From contig NC_043006.1 in the NCBI RefSeq assembly GCF_006345805.1, positions 63,364,001-63,428,000 on the forward strand: 64,000 bases of DNA. Reading direction: 5' to 3'. The notes beneath the pieces are model-generated. The model saw only the letters and a list, made by a program, of their open reading frames with translations, searched no databases and had not been told where the DNA came from. Position numbers and translations under genes: made by a program. This stretch comes from Octopus sinensis (taxonomy: Eukaryota). Positions 42,776-54,781 of the stretch are shown piece by piece (positions within the stretch are counted from its first letter, which is position 1; each line of letters begins with the position of its first letter).

Positions 42776-43562
42776 TGCACACTAACACACACAAATATAT
42801 GCAGTATATATGTGTATTTTGTGCGCGCGCCTGAGTATTAAATCAAGTGACAGGATTTCAATCTTTATTGATTCTTATTTCGTATCAGAGGAATTAAATC
42901 TAAATATGTCTGGATGTTAAACTGATTCGTTCATCAACTATATTTTTCGGGTCTCTACAGATTTTTATCTCAATTAAATTTTCATTGCAAATATTTGTTA
43001 TAATATCTCTAGATGATATGAAGGATAATAGAATCGGCTGGATGAGACTTTCGCTGTTAATTGATTTCTAATTGTATTTTGAATCAAAACACTTTTGAAC
43101 GCATCTCTTTGGAGCAGAAGAGGGGGGGTTGAAAAGTATCGTATATACACGAGAACCATTCCTTTAGAGTAGAATCTCGTCCAAATTAGAATTATCTATG
43201 GATACTGACCCTAGATTTAAAGTAGGATACCGCAGAGTTATAGTAAGCATCTGGATACCTGATTCTCCACCCTAATTTATAACCTAAAATTGTATCTATG
43301 TGCAAATAGTGTTTGTCACTCATATAGCTCACAAGGAAATTTGTGCATGGTTGCTCGACCTTCTTGAAATATTTGTAATGTCGTGAAGATGGACATGTTG
43401 GTTAATGTAGTTTTAGATGTACTGTGCTTGAAATTCTATGACAGAACTGTCAGTATTATAACGTCTTTAATCATAAGTCTGCTCAATCAAAATCGACCAC
43501 AAAAGTCAAGTCTACAAAATCCAGGACTTGAGCCTATTGCAGAAAGGACTATTATTATTATT

Positions 43563-43864
43563 CAGTAGTTTCATTTTTATAGCGTGCTTACACTTCACTA
43601 CCAAGCGCAGCTCTGTGTGCCTTGGGTATGTGCTGTGATTTGTTGTGATGCTCTGATGGTTACTGTATGGAAAGTGTTCTGCGTAGGATGTGTGCAGTGC
43701 CTAGTAGTACAATTTTCTGTATGTTATATGTGTTTGTAAGTCCTGGTGTTTTTGTTATGTATTTGTCTGAATATTTTTTTATCATGCCTAATGCACCTAC
43801 TATGATAGGAATTGTTTCTGTTTTTAGATTCCACATTCTGGTTACCTCTATTTCCAGGTCTTTG

Positions 43865-43868
<4 letters not shown>
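43563..43868 (-). mobile_element. R4/Dong 3' fragment, 5'-truncated at KYKDLEIE, between (TAA)n runs
   Basis: Near-identical to 43897-44203; both ends abut attattatt. Confidence 0.92.
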
Positions 43869-43896
<28 letters not shown>

Positions 43897-43899
<3 letters not shown>

Positions 43900-44942
43900 T
43901 AGTATATTTTTTATATCGTACTTTCACTTCACTGCCGAACGCAGCTCTGTGTGCCTTGGGTATGTGCTGTGATTTGTTGTGATGCTCTTATGGTTATTGT
44001 ATTGAAAGTGTTCTGCGTAGGATGTGTGCAGTGCCTAATAGTGCAATTTTCTGTATGTTATATATGTTTGTAAGTCCTGGTGTTTTTGTTATGTATTTGT
44101 CTGAATATTTTTTTATCATGTCTAATGCACCTATTATGATAGGAATTGTTTCTGCTTTTAGATTCCACATTCTGGTTACCTCTATTTCCAGGTCTTTGTA
44201 TTTTGAAAGTTTCTCCATTTCTTTTAGAGACACGTTGTCATCCGCTGGTATTGATACATCAATTAGAAAACTTTTTTTTTTCTTCATAATCTCTGACAAC
44301 TATATCTGGTCTGTTGGCCTTAATTTTTCTATCTGTGTGTATTGGCTTATCCCAGAGTATGGTTGCTTTCTCGTTTTCTGTGACCTTTTCTGGTGTGTGC
44401 CTATACCATCTTTTTTCTGTTGTTATTCCATAATGTTGGCATAGTTTCCAGTGTATATAGGTCCCAACTCTGTCGTGTCTGTGAATATATTCCTTCTTAG
44501 CCAGGACTGGGCAGCCAGAGATAATATGATTTATTGTTTCTTGTCCATCTCCACATATTCTGCAGTTACTTGTTATATTTCTTTTCATTACATGTTTTTG
44601 GTAATTTCTGGTGGGGAAGCTTTGGTTTTGTGCTGCAATTAAAAATCCTTCTGTCTCTGCTTTGAGTCCTGAGCTTCTCAACCATTGTTGGGATTTTTCT
44701 TTGTCTATTTCTTTTGCATTTAGTTTAGTCCAGTATTAGCCACGAAGGGGCTTTTCTTGTCATCGTTTTATCATGGTTCGTTGCTGTTCTATTTTTAGTT
44801 TGGATTTCATTTGTTTCATAGCTTTTGTTGTTTCTTCATCTTCTTCTTCTTCATATTTGTTAGGTGGTATGATTTCTTGTTTTTATTAGTCAGCTTCCTT
44901 AAATACTGAGAACAGTTTTTTGTTTTGCTCGTATTTTATTAT
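43897..44942 (-). mobile_element. R4/Dong non-LTR 3' kilobase (CCHC plus restriction-like endonuclease)
   Basis: LKAETEGFLIAAQNQ, CRICGDGQETINHIISGCPVLAKKEYIHRHD, NRPDIVV, LIDVSIPADDNV..KEMEKLSKYKDLEIEVTRMW; frameshift in the T-run at about 44271-44281; (TAA)n flanks. Confidence 0.95.
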
Positions 44943-44968
44943 TATCATAATTATTATTATTATTATTA

Positions 44969-45010
<42 letters not shown>

Positions 45011-45012
45011 CA

Positions 45013-45570
45013 TTGAGTGAGAGAGCAGTTCATGCCATCAAAGTGACACTGGGGTAAAATATACGAAGCCCAATATACCCATCATGACTACCCGTCTGAT
45101 AAAGGTACAACAGGCACATGCATCACAACCATATGTGCGCGACATGGTGATCTCATATCAAGATAAACAGCACATGACCTTGCAGGTGGGGCCCAGTTAG
45201 AATTTTCTTCAGGTTGAGTAGACCATCCCGCTCAAACGGTCCCTGAATAAGGGTTGTTTAAGGATGTTGAAAGAACCACCTATGTTTCCAGAGGTGAACT
45301 ATTCAAACCCCAAAGAATCCCTCTCAACACATGGCTATGATGCTCCCCCACTACTTCTGCTCGTGATCAGAGATGCACATATCGTCAGCCACTAAGGGAC
45401 ATGCTCAACTGGTTAAGGTCAAACAACTGACAAGCAAATCTGTGGTATTGAGCAGAATATTTGCTGTAGCCCATCTTTTATACCAAGACAAAACAATGTA
45501 CATGATAACACTTCCAATCAGTTAAGATCAGAAGCCATGAGAGCCACTGCCTGGTACTGCATCAGGGCAT
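45013..45570 (-). mobile_element. Uncharacterised ~560-bp non-coding repeat (family C), copy 1, within (TAA)n
   Basis: gagagcag..catgccatcaaagtgacactggggtaaaatatacgaagccc...ccactgcctggtactgcatcagggca; repeated at 45636 and 46690. Strand is inferred from the neighbouring Dong fragments. Confidence 0.8.
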
Positions 45571-45578
45571 TTATTATT

Positions 45579-45631
<53 letters not shown>

Positions 45632-45635
45632 TATG

Positions 45636-46084
45636 TGAGAGAGCAGCGCATGCCATCAAAGTGACACTGGGGTAAATTATACGAAGCCCAGTATACCCAT
45701 CATGACGACCCGCCTGATAAAAGTACACCAGGCACATGCATCACAACCATATGTGTGCAACATGGTGATCTGATGACCTTGCAGGTGGGACCCAGTTAAA
45801 ATTGTCTTCAGGTCGAGTAGCCCATCCCGCTCAAAAGTTCCTTGAATAAGGGTTGTTTAAGGATGCTGTACGAAACATCTATGTTTCCAGAGGTGAATTA
45901 TCCAAACCCTCGACGAATTCCTCTCAACACATGGTATATGATGCTCCCCCACTACTTCTGCTTGTGATGAGAAATGCACATATCAGCAATCAAGGGACAT
46001 GCTCAACTGGTTATGGTCAAACAGCAGACAAGTAAAACTGTGGTATTGTGAAGAATATTTGCTGTAGCCCATCTTTTATACCAT
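45636..46084 (-). mobile_element. Family C copy 2, truncated on the right
   Basis: Collinear with copy 1 up to cccatcttttatacc; internal ~25-bp deletion. Confidence 0.8.
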
Positions 46085-46085
46085 T

Positions 46086-46625
46086 CATTACTATCTCCAG
46101 CTTAGCGAAGGCGGAGGTATTGTTTTCAGTCGTGTTTGTTTGTTGTTTGTTTGTTTGTCTGTGGGTAAGATATCTGAAGACTGGTACAAACTGATTAGAT
46201 TTTGGGATCGATCCGGTATCGGACAAGGATTCTGGATTATTTGTTATATTTACTTTACATGATTACGATCTTACGTTAACTTTCAAGAATTTCTCAATTA
46301 TCTCCCTTTAGGCAGTCACTATTTTGAATGGTGAGTTTGTTAACTTTGGCTTGTATTAGTTAAGGATAAATTCTTTATTACTCTTAGTAAATTTTCTACA
46401 GCCATCTTCACATTCCATGGCGACCATTGGGATCAATCCGGTATCGGACAAGGATTCTGGATTATTTTTTCGGTTTATTTTACTTAATTTATGAGATCGG
46501 TTAGGTTCATTTTTCAGTATTCTCGTTTGTGAGAGCAGTCGAGTTTATTTCAGATATTCTCATTTTAAAAATCATCTCTGGATAATCGTTGAGAGGACGT
46601 TGATGCTGCCTTGGTGGAGGTTGCC
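46086..46625 (+). mobile_element. Helentron-associated non-autonomous element (HINE-like)
   Basis: 5' attac..tcc..ggcggaggtattgttttc followed by a (TTTG) microsatellite; internal duplication gatcgatccggtatcggacaaggattctggattattt; 3' ccttggtggagg. Confidence 0.6.
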
Positions 46626-46689
46626 TTAAGAAGTTTTGAAGTTTCAATGGGATTATTGTTATTATTATTATTATTATTAATATTGACTT

Positions 46690-47160
46690 AGAGAGCTTTA
46701 CATCCCATAAAAGTGACACTGGAGTAAAATATACGAAACCTAGTATACCCATCACAAATAACCGGTTCATAAGAGTACACCAGCTTCATACATCACAACC
46801 ATATATGCGCGACATGGTAATCTCATATCAAGATAAACAGGTGGGGCTCAGTTAGAATTTTCTTCAGGTCGAGTAGCCCTTCCTGCTCAAAAGGCCCCTG
46901 AATAAAGTTTGTTTAAGGGTGTTGAACGAAATGTTTTCAGAGGTGAATTATTCAAACCACAAAGAACCTCTTTCAACACATGACTATGATGCTTTCCCAC
47001 TACTTCTGCTCGTGATCAGAGATGCACATATCGTCATGCTCATATGGTTACGGTCTAACAACTGACAAGCAAATCTGTGGTATACCGAGAAAAGCATGCA
47101 CATAATAACACTTCCAATCAGTTAAGATCAGCAGCCATGACAGCCAGTGCCTGAGTCATG
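46690..47160 (-). mobile_element. Family C copy 3 (more diverged), within (TAA)n
   Basis: Collinear with copy 1 with deletions; ttattatt on both sides. Confidence 0.75.
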
Positions 47161-47310
47161 AGAGTTATTATTATTACTGTATCTATCTACACATATATAT
47201 ATATATATAACTTAATTAGAGGTTGTGTTAAAATCATGAAGGGATGGTTTCACCCAAATATGTATTGGTTCAATAACTAGTATTTTGGGAGAATGAATTT
47301 CCTTAAAATA

Positions 47311-48560
47311 TTAGGTTGTTTCACATGAAATGTCGCATTTCAAAAGGGAAACATTAAAATTGTATTTTTAAGTTTCAGAATATTTATTTATTTGATCAAA
47401 ATATGATCCTTGTTCATTTATGACCTTCATCCAACGTTCCTCTAAGGCATATATTCCATCTTCAAAGAATTTGTCATCTTTTACACTGATAAACTGTTGA
47501 AATGCTTCAATTACCTCTTCTTTATTTAAGAATGTTTTATTGCGTATAGCAAGCTCGAAGTGTTTACATGCGATAATCAGTAGAAACGATATCAGCAGAA
47601 TAAGGAGGATGTAATGAAATTTCATAATTCAGGCTTTTCAACTTGTGGACCGTAGCTTGAGTAGTGTGAGGCCGTGCATTATCATGAATCAAAACTCGAC
47701 CATCTGGGTTGCTTCTTTTTTAATTTTTCATGCATACAATCAATTTTCTGACGATAGGATGTTGCTGTTACAGTTTTTCCTTTTGCAAAAATGAATAATG
47801 AATAACCCTCTTTGTTGACAACCACACAGTGACCATCAACTTTTTAGGGTGCAGTGGCGGTTTTAGGTAGTGTTTTCGTGACTCTCCTGCATCTAACCAC
47901 TGTTCTGTCCTCCTGCTGTTATCAAAGAGTATCCATTGCTCATCATATGTAATAAGTCGATACAAAAATGGTTCTCTTTCCAGCCGAGACAAGAACATGG
48001 AATACGCTGTAAGGCGTCTGTTTTTTTTGTTGCTTTTTTTAATCTCATTAAATTGATGGGTAACAAGCCTATCCATCTTTTTGACTTTTCGAATTTTCTT
48101 CAAGTGTCGAGAAGCAGTTGAGGGAGGTGTCTTGAGCTCAGATCTGATATTTCGGACTGTTTTTCTCGGATTTCGTTTAACTAAAGAATTCAATTCATAA
48201 TGCCGAATAACTGGTTTTGGTCTCCCTCTTGGTTCACTTTTAAGGCTTTTATTTCCTGAGCAAAATGTTTGGAACCATCTCTGAACAGTTCTAATGTCAA
48301 CAGAATCGTTACCAAAAACATGCTTAATGTTTCGTTGAGCTTCGGCGGCAGAGTGACCCAACTTGTATTCGTACAAGAAAATCACTCGGTATTGTTCAGT
48401 AATTAACATTGTCATAAGAGCTGTTGGTAGCAATTTTGAATAATATTAAAATTTAAGAGATTTTATTGTCAGCAGAGGCCAAATGTGTTTACTACTACCA
48501 GTGATCACTGAGGGCGTTCTTTTGGCCTTGAAAAGACGCAATTTAACATGTTTTATTTGT
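47311..48560 (-). mobile_element. Near full-length mariner (DD34D) element, inactive
   Basis: TA|TTAGGTTG terminus; 221-aa ORF 47768-48433 (YRVIFLYEYKLGHSAAEA...RTVQRWF...ITYDEQWILFDN...KKLMVTVW), then HPPYS-like and LEERWMKVINEQGSYFD. Confidence 0.9.
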
Positions 48561-48578
48561 AATTACTGGTAGAAAAAA

Positions 48579-48728
48579 CTGTGTGGTAAGTAGCTTGCTT
48601 ACCAACCACATGGTTCCGGGTTCATTCCCACTGCATGGCACCTTGAGCAAGTGTCTTCTACTATAGCCTCGGGCCGACCAAAGCCTTGTGAGTGGATTTG
48701 ATAGACGGAAATTGAAAGAAGCCCGTCG

Positions 48729-48795
<67 letters not shown>

Positions 48796-48993
48796 ATGTT
48801 TGTGTTTGTCCCCCGAACATCATTTGACAACCGATGGTGGTGTGTTTACGTCCCTGTAACTTAGCGATTCGGCAAAAGAGACCGATAGAATTAGTATTAG
48901 GCTTACAAAGAATAAGTCCTGGGGTCGATTTGCTCGACTAAAGGCGGTGCTCCAACATGGCCACAGTCAAATGACTGAAACAAGTAAAAGAGT
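48579..48993 (+). mobile_element. SINE family A, full length (tRNA head, CORE-like centre, internal microsatellite)
   Basis: gtgtggtaagtagcttgcttaccaaccacatggttccgggttcattcccactgcatggcaccttgagcaagtgtcttctac...gaagcccgtcg(TA)n(TG)n...atgactgaaacaagtaaaagag. Resemblance to the CORE domain is from memory. Confidence 0.92.
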
Positions 48994-49029
48994 ATATATA
49001 TAAATACTGATATTCACGGTGTTGAATCT

Positions 49030-50070
49030 TTGAATTTCTGAATTCAATTATGTTGTTGCAATAAAAGATGTGTTTACGTATTTGGGTAATATAATAAAGT
49101 TTTTAAGTATTCTTGAGATGTTCCTTTTTCTGTCCAGTTGGAGAATACAGCAGGACTTTTGCAATGAAAAAGACCTTTGCATTTTCGAATACTGAGGGAG
49201 AAAGGAAGCGATAGATATTCACACAGTAGTTGTAGATATTAAAGGGTTTTTTTAAGCTGATCGATCGTGTGTTCGAAAGCTGTAGATATGTAAGTTTCTT
49301 CATTTATTTTATTTTCAGGAAAATTTAAAATATTCACAGGAAATTGTAAATATTCCAGTCTGTGGGAATTGTAGGAAGAAGAGGTGTTCACCTTGGATTT
49401 TTGAATTTCTAAATTTCTTTTTCTTTTGGAATTTTTCTTTTCTTTTTAAAAGGTTTTGTAGTTGTGCAGTATATATATATGTTGGTAGGTTCTTACTTCC
49501 TTAATTTGTTATCGTGCATTTGTGTTGTTACAATAAAAGGCATGTTAACATATTCGGGTAGTTAGGGAAGAAGGAAAAATAAAGTATTCACACAAAATTG
49601 GAGATATTAAAGTTTCTAAATATTTTGAGGTGTTCGTTTGTATTTCCGTTCAGAGAAGACTGTAGTGTTTTGTTGTTTGTTTTTTGTTTTTGTTTTTTTT
49701 TTTTTGCAATAAAAAGGATGTTTACATTTTCGAATATTCAGGGTAAAAGGAACGGAAAGAAAAGGAAGGTAAATTTTTTCAAAGAAAATTGTTGATATTA
49801 AAGTTATAAAATTTAATGGAGATGATTTTTTTATCTGTCCAAATAGAGAAAAATTGTAGTGTTTGGAATAAAGAGGATGTTTACATTTTCGAACACTCAG
49901 AGGGAAAGGAAAGTATAGGTATTCACAGAAGTTGTAGATATCAAAGGTTTTAAAGCTAATCGTTTATGTGTTTGAAAGCTGTAAATATGTAAGTTCCTTA
50001 ACTTATTTTGAGGGAAATTCAAAATACTCACTGGAAACTGTAGATATTCCAGTCTCTTAGAGTTATTTTT
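49030..50070. repeat. Degenerate tandem repeat, about 4-5 units of ~160-230 bp
   Basis: The motif ttcgaatact.aggg..aaggaa...tattcaca..agttgtagatattaaag recurs at about 49185, 49553, 49728 and 49886; 49130-49360 resembles 49830-50058. Confidence 0.7.
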
Positions 50071-50172
50071 CAGTTGTCTTGCTGGGTTATATTAGTGTTT
50101 CTGTGTCTTCAGCTGCTGACAGGTCAGAGCAACGAAGAACACGTCCAGCTGCTGTCACATCCAACCACCAGC

Positions 50173-50217
<45 letters not shown>

Positions 50218-50436
50218 GACGATGATAATGTTGACGACAACGACGACGACGTCATTGTTACCTGTGGAGACAAGCAGAGAAGAGCAATGAATGTCACCGG
50301 AACAGAAGAATCAAGATTTTCATTTAATGTTATCCTTTATACTACCGTGTTCTTCCTCTTTACCTTCTTATATAGAACACTGTTCTTCCTCTTTTACCAT
50401 TTTCAACTTCCTTTTTAATTTATTTTTATATTTATA

Positions 50437-50635
50437 CTAGCAGTATCGCCCGGCGTTGCTCGGGTTTGTAAGGGAAATAACTATATAACATTTTAGAGAG
50501 TTATAGCCAAAAAATAGTTTAAAAAATGCATTAAAAATGGGGAAAAAATTATGGTAATTTTTTTTAAATCGTTGACTCATCGTAGACATTTTTAGAGAGT
50601 TACTTCCCTTATATAATAGCGAAAAAATGCATAAA
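50437..50635 (-). mobile_element. Helitron-type 3'-end fragment (same family as 36517-36900)
   Basis: actagcagtatcgcccggcgttgctcgggtttgtaagggaaataac. Confidence 0.8.
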
Positions 50636-50823
50636 ATGTTACCGTTGTTATTGTTTCACTTTACTAACTGAAGACATGAAGTCATTGCACTCATTCTCCC
50701 CATTTTATCCTTTGTTTTTTTCTTCTCCTTACTTTTAATTTTCCATCTATTTGCTATTGTTGCTATAACGGTACTGTTAACGTTGTTGTAGTTGTTGTGG
50801 TTGCTGTATTTGGCGCATTTGTC

Positions 50824-51821
50824 GTTATATTTTGTTATTGTTGATGTTCCTCTTTCATTATATTATTCCATTTCCAAGATCTCTTTCTGAAAAGCAGAAA
50901 AGATTACATACATCGTTAATGAGGGAGTCGCAATGTTACTTATTTACAGTAATTGATGTTCTCCCTAAGTCTTCGTCCTTTCGTCAGAAACAATCACCGC
51001 ACATTTTTACACTTTCTGTAGAGTTTACGCTTCTTTCTAATATGATCTGATTTATTATTTTTTACCATTTTTGTTGTTGGTAAATTACTCCTTGGTCTCT
51101 AATGTATTGCTTTTCAACTTAGTCGGGTTTTTTTCTTTTTCGCGCTTATCTTTATTTTCAATTTTTTCTTACTTTCTCTTTCTTATTCTTTTATCATTTT
51201 GCTTTCGTTAACATTTTTTCTGTTTTCGTATTTTTAATTTTATTCATTTATTACTTTATGCGATAATGGTCGGAACTTTCAACAGGATTTTATAAGTAAC
51301 GTTACAATGAACCACTTTTCCAGAATCCACAGTTCTCACATATTCATCTACACACAACGCACTTATACAACCATATTGGCATATACATACAAATGTATTT
51401 GTTGTTCTTTCATATTTTCAATCATGTTTTTATATTACCTCATTTCTCGTATTGCTTATATCGGTTCGCTGCAATATTAGAATTAGGTAGGAATAGGTTA
51501 TGACCATGCCTGAAGGCAATAGTTCCATATCTGATCGGAATTTAGATTGCAGTAAGGAATTAAAGAATTTCAGAATACTGCGCTGCAGAATACTGCGTTG
51601 ATAAAATCTCTTAGTCCTTTCACATTAAACACTCGTAGACAAATTCATGAAACTGAATAGTGGCTTGGAAGTACGAGAGTGCTTCCATCCAATTACTATA
51701 AATAAATAACATTGCGACTCCTTCATTAACGATGTATGTAATCTTTTCTGCTTTCCAGAAAGAGATCTTGGAAATGGAATAATATAATGAAAGAGGAACA
51801 TCAACAATGACAAAATATAAC
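50824..51821. repeat. ~135-bp inverted repeat pair (50824-50958 / 51686-51821)
   Basis: gttatattttgttattgttgatgttcctctttcattatattattccatttccaagatctctttctg... is reverse-complemented at 51686-51821 with few mismatches. Confidence 0.85.
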
Positions 51822-52929
51822 TGCTAGAGTGACGGGAAGGTCTGCATTGCAAATTTGATTAAGCTCGTGGGCATACCTACGCTCTGATATTTTAAACAAA
51901 GCTTTCCAGCCTCGCATTTGAAAGTTTTGCTTGAAGTTGTTTAAGATCGCACTGTACAAATTATGTTGCTCTATATAAAACTCAACAATGTGCTTTGGCA
52001 AGCACTTTCTCTCTAAAAGAGAATCTTCCTTCTTGCTTTCTTTTTTTTCTCTCTAACTAAGCCTCCAAAAAACTCCCATATATGCTTTGTTTAAAAATCC
52101 ACAGACACACATGCTTACACACATACACACGCTCAAGCATAAATTGCATCCCATTGAACATCTGTGTGCCGTGTCTGTTTAGGGTTGCCATTTCCAGAAC
52201 AAAGCAGTAAATTTTAAAATGAGAAGGCTCTGCTTCTTTTAACTGCCATATATATTTGGCCAGGCTTGCTACAGTTCTATTTTCCGGATAATCGAAAGAA
52301 TTCTAGTTTTGTAAGGAATTTAACAAGGGTATGCTTCTCTCATACTTGTACTTAATTGCCTCTATTTCCTTTGTCTCGATTTCACATCTCTCTAACCCCA
52401 TGGTGTTAAAACGAACTACAGTTAAACACGGAGAAAATACGTATATCATTTCCGACACTTCATCTTTTGTCGTTGATAACGAACCACCTAATTGTCTCCA
52501 ACTTACATCTTGACTGGTCGCTAGCTAGGTTGGTGGCCATAAATCTCTTCTCACCCCATCCACTTACTAAATTCCTAATGCACTTCCATTCCTTTAATGG
52601 TTCTGTTTTTCTTCCATTCATGACCAGCTTTTACTAGCGAACAGACGCGTTCTCACTACGCGCAGGGATTGTTCTTCTATGATTATGAAGTTATATGGAT
52701 CATCTGATGAATACGGTTCTTTTAGTGTTAAATACTCGTAGCGGTGGATTTTCTGTGTGCACACAGCCTAAATATCTCGCTGGGTTACCTCAGTACCCAG
52801 TGAGATATAGATCCGACTAAAGGTGGTGTCTACAGGTTAAATCAAACCAACTTGGTGCATACCATTTAAGTACCTGATTCTCTCCAGAATCCTTTATATT
52901 GTCTAAATAAGGAATTCTCTGAAATAGCA

Positions 52930-53330
52930 GGAGGTTTATATAGGGTTGATGCGCTTTTTACAATTGTAAATACATCTAGTAGAATGTTAGAAAAATATAG
53001 AAAGAAATATTTTGAATTCTTTGAAAATATAGGTCTATCTATAACGATAAAAGATTAACACAACTCTGTTAATTTTTTAGACTTTACGTTAGAAATCATA
53101 AATGGAATTTATAAACCCTTTCATAAACCTAATGAAAACATAAAATATACAAACATTAGAAGTAATCATCCCAAATTAGTAACAAACTCGCTAATAAGGA
53201 ACATTTCGACAAGAATATCTAAATTATCAGCCAATGTGAATATTTTCAAACTAAATGAAGACTATTATAACTTAGCACTTAGGAAACGGGATATAAAAAT
53301 AAAATAAAGTTTAATAAGTCAAATAACGAA
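52930..53330 (+). pseudogene. Penelope-like element reverse transcriptase remnant (catalytic motif to thumb)
   Basis: GGLYRVDAL (decayed GLYRDDGL)...FENIGLSITIKD*HNSVNFLDFTL..NGIYKPFHKPNENIKY..IRSNHPK..NISTRISKLSAN...YYNLALRK. Confidence 0.85.
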
Positions 53331-53643
53331 TCTGATTTAAATAGTAATTTTGAATACGTGAATCTGAAATCTAGTACTATAAATAATTTCCAGAACTAGA
53401 CACAGAACGCTCACCCGAAAGAGAGCATGTATAAAGTTCTGAAATTTATATTTGGGAGTATTTTTCAAATATCTTCATTTTGACGCGCTGAGGTCGGAAA
53501 TAACTCTGCATTTAATAAATTTCTGCAGCTAATTTACCGGTTATCTAAAAATTAAATAATGAGGGTAGAAATTGATATTAATCAATTAAGACTTGTGAGC
53601 GTTCTGTGTCTAGTTCTGTAAGCTATGTTTTGCAAGCGACAGA

Positions 53644-53709
53644 CTACGCTGATGTGCTTGCAGATTTTTACATTCGTAAATATTAACAAGCGAAACCATT
53701 GGTACGTAG
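53644..53709 (+). ncRNA. Type I hammerhead motif (HH2), core missing A9
   Basis: Stem I CUACG(53644-48)/CGUAG(53705-09); CUGAUG-U; stem II GCUUG(53656-60)/CAAGC(53687-91); GAAA(53692-95); stem III ACC-AUU-GGU; predicted cleavage after GUA at 53704. Confidence 0.75.
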
Positions 53710-54781
53710 GTAATCGTTTTTTATTTCGTATATTTTCATTTGTCTTGCTCATTTTTACATTCTGGCGTTTTGCTGAAATTTTTCTTGAGACACACTCTTC
53801 GTGGTAAGATCATTTGACGTCTATATTTAGCATATTAGGTGTCCACTTTGGTGGTCTTTCCTCTTAATTTTTAATCTTCGGATTTTTTAAATATGCTAAG
53901 CCACTGGTTTTACTTGATTAATATCAATTTCTACCCTCATTATTTAATTTTTAAATAATAATGTTCTCAAACCGGTAAATTAGCTGCAGAAATTTTAAAT
54001 TTATTAAAATATCGATTGTATCAGGTGGCTTGCATGGGAATAAAAACCTCAAAAGTTAATAATTAATTATTAAAATTATAGTTAAGGGCATCTAAGAGAT
54101 ACCACCACGCTAGAAATAGAAGCCAAAACTTGATTCTGAAACCACATTAAATGTTCATACAGCACCAGGAGAGAAGACAAACATACAAAATAAACTAGCA
54201 AAAAAATTAGATACCTTTAATTATAATTTTAATAATTAGATACCCTTAATTATAATTTTGATAATTAATTATTACCTTTGAGATTTTTTTTCCCGTGCTA
54301 GCCACCTGACAAGATCGATATTTTAAATAACGATCTTATCCTTATTTATATAAATTTATATATTTATTTCGTCATTATATTCACTGCGGTGGTATTTTGG
54401 CCAGATCGCACGAGGAGTTTTAGGCGGGCAATTTAAACTGGTTGTGTGCATACATATATGTATACGTTCGTTTATGTAAGTATTCGCATGTTGTATATAT
54501 ATATATATATATATATATAATGTAGGATAAAATTTTTTCGAAAAAAATTTTATCAATGGCCAGCATATTAAAAAATACCTTTAAAGATTAAATTTATAAA
54601 TAACTTATAAAATAAGGGCAAAAGAAAAATTCTAATGCCAAATATGCCGAAAATAGACGCATAAATCATAATGGTTATTAACAATTTGTCTATTTTCGGC
54701 ATATTTGGCATTAGAATTTTTATTTTGCCCTTATTTTATAAGTTATATATATATATTTGCATTTATGTACTATCTGCATAT

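Noticed and set aside
45540-45570. HDV-like ribozyme at the putative 5' end of family C
   Set aside because: Only a simple hairpin is present; I could not build the nested P1-P4 pseudoknot.
45013-47160. CRISPR-like or satellite array interpretation of the recurring units
   Set aside because: The units are ~0.5-kb retroposon-like repeats separated by microsatellites in eukaryotic DNA, with no short repeat-spacer structure and no cas genes.
48579-48650. tRNA genes at SINE heads
   Set aside because: A/B-box-like sequence continues into SINE bodies, and no complete cloverleaf is evident.
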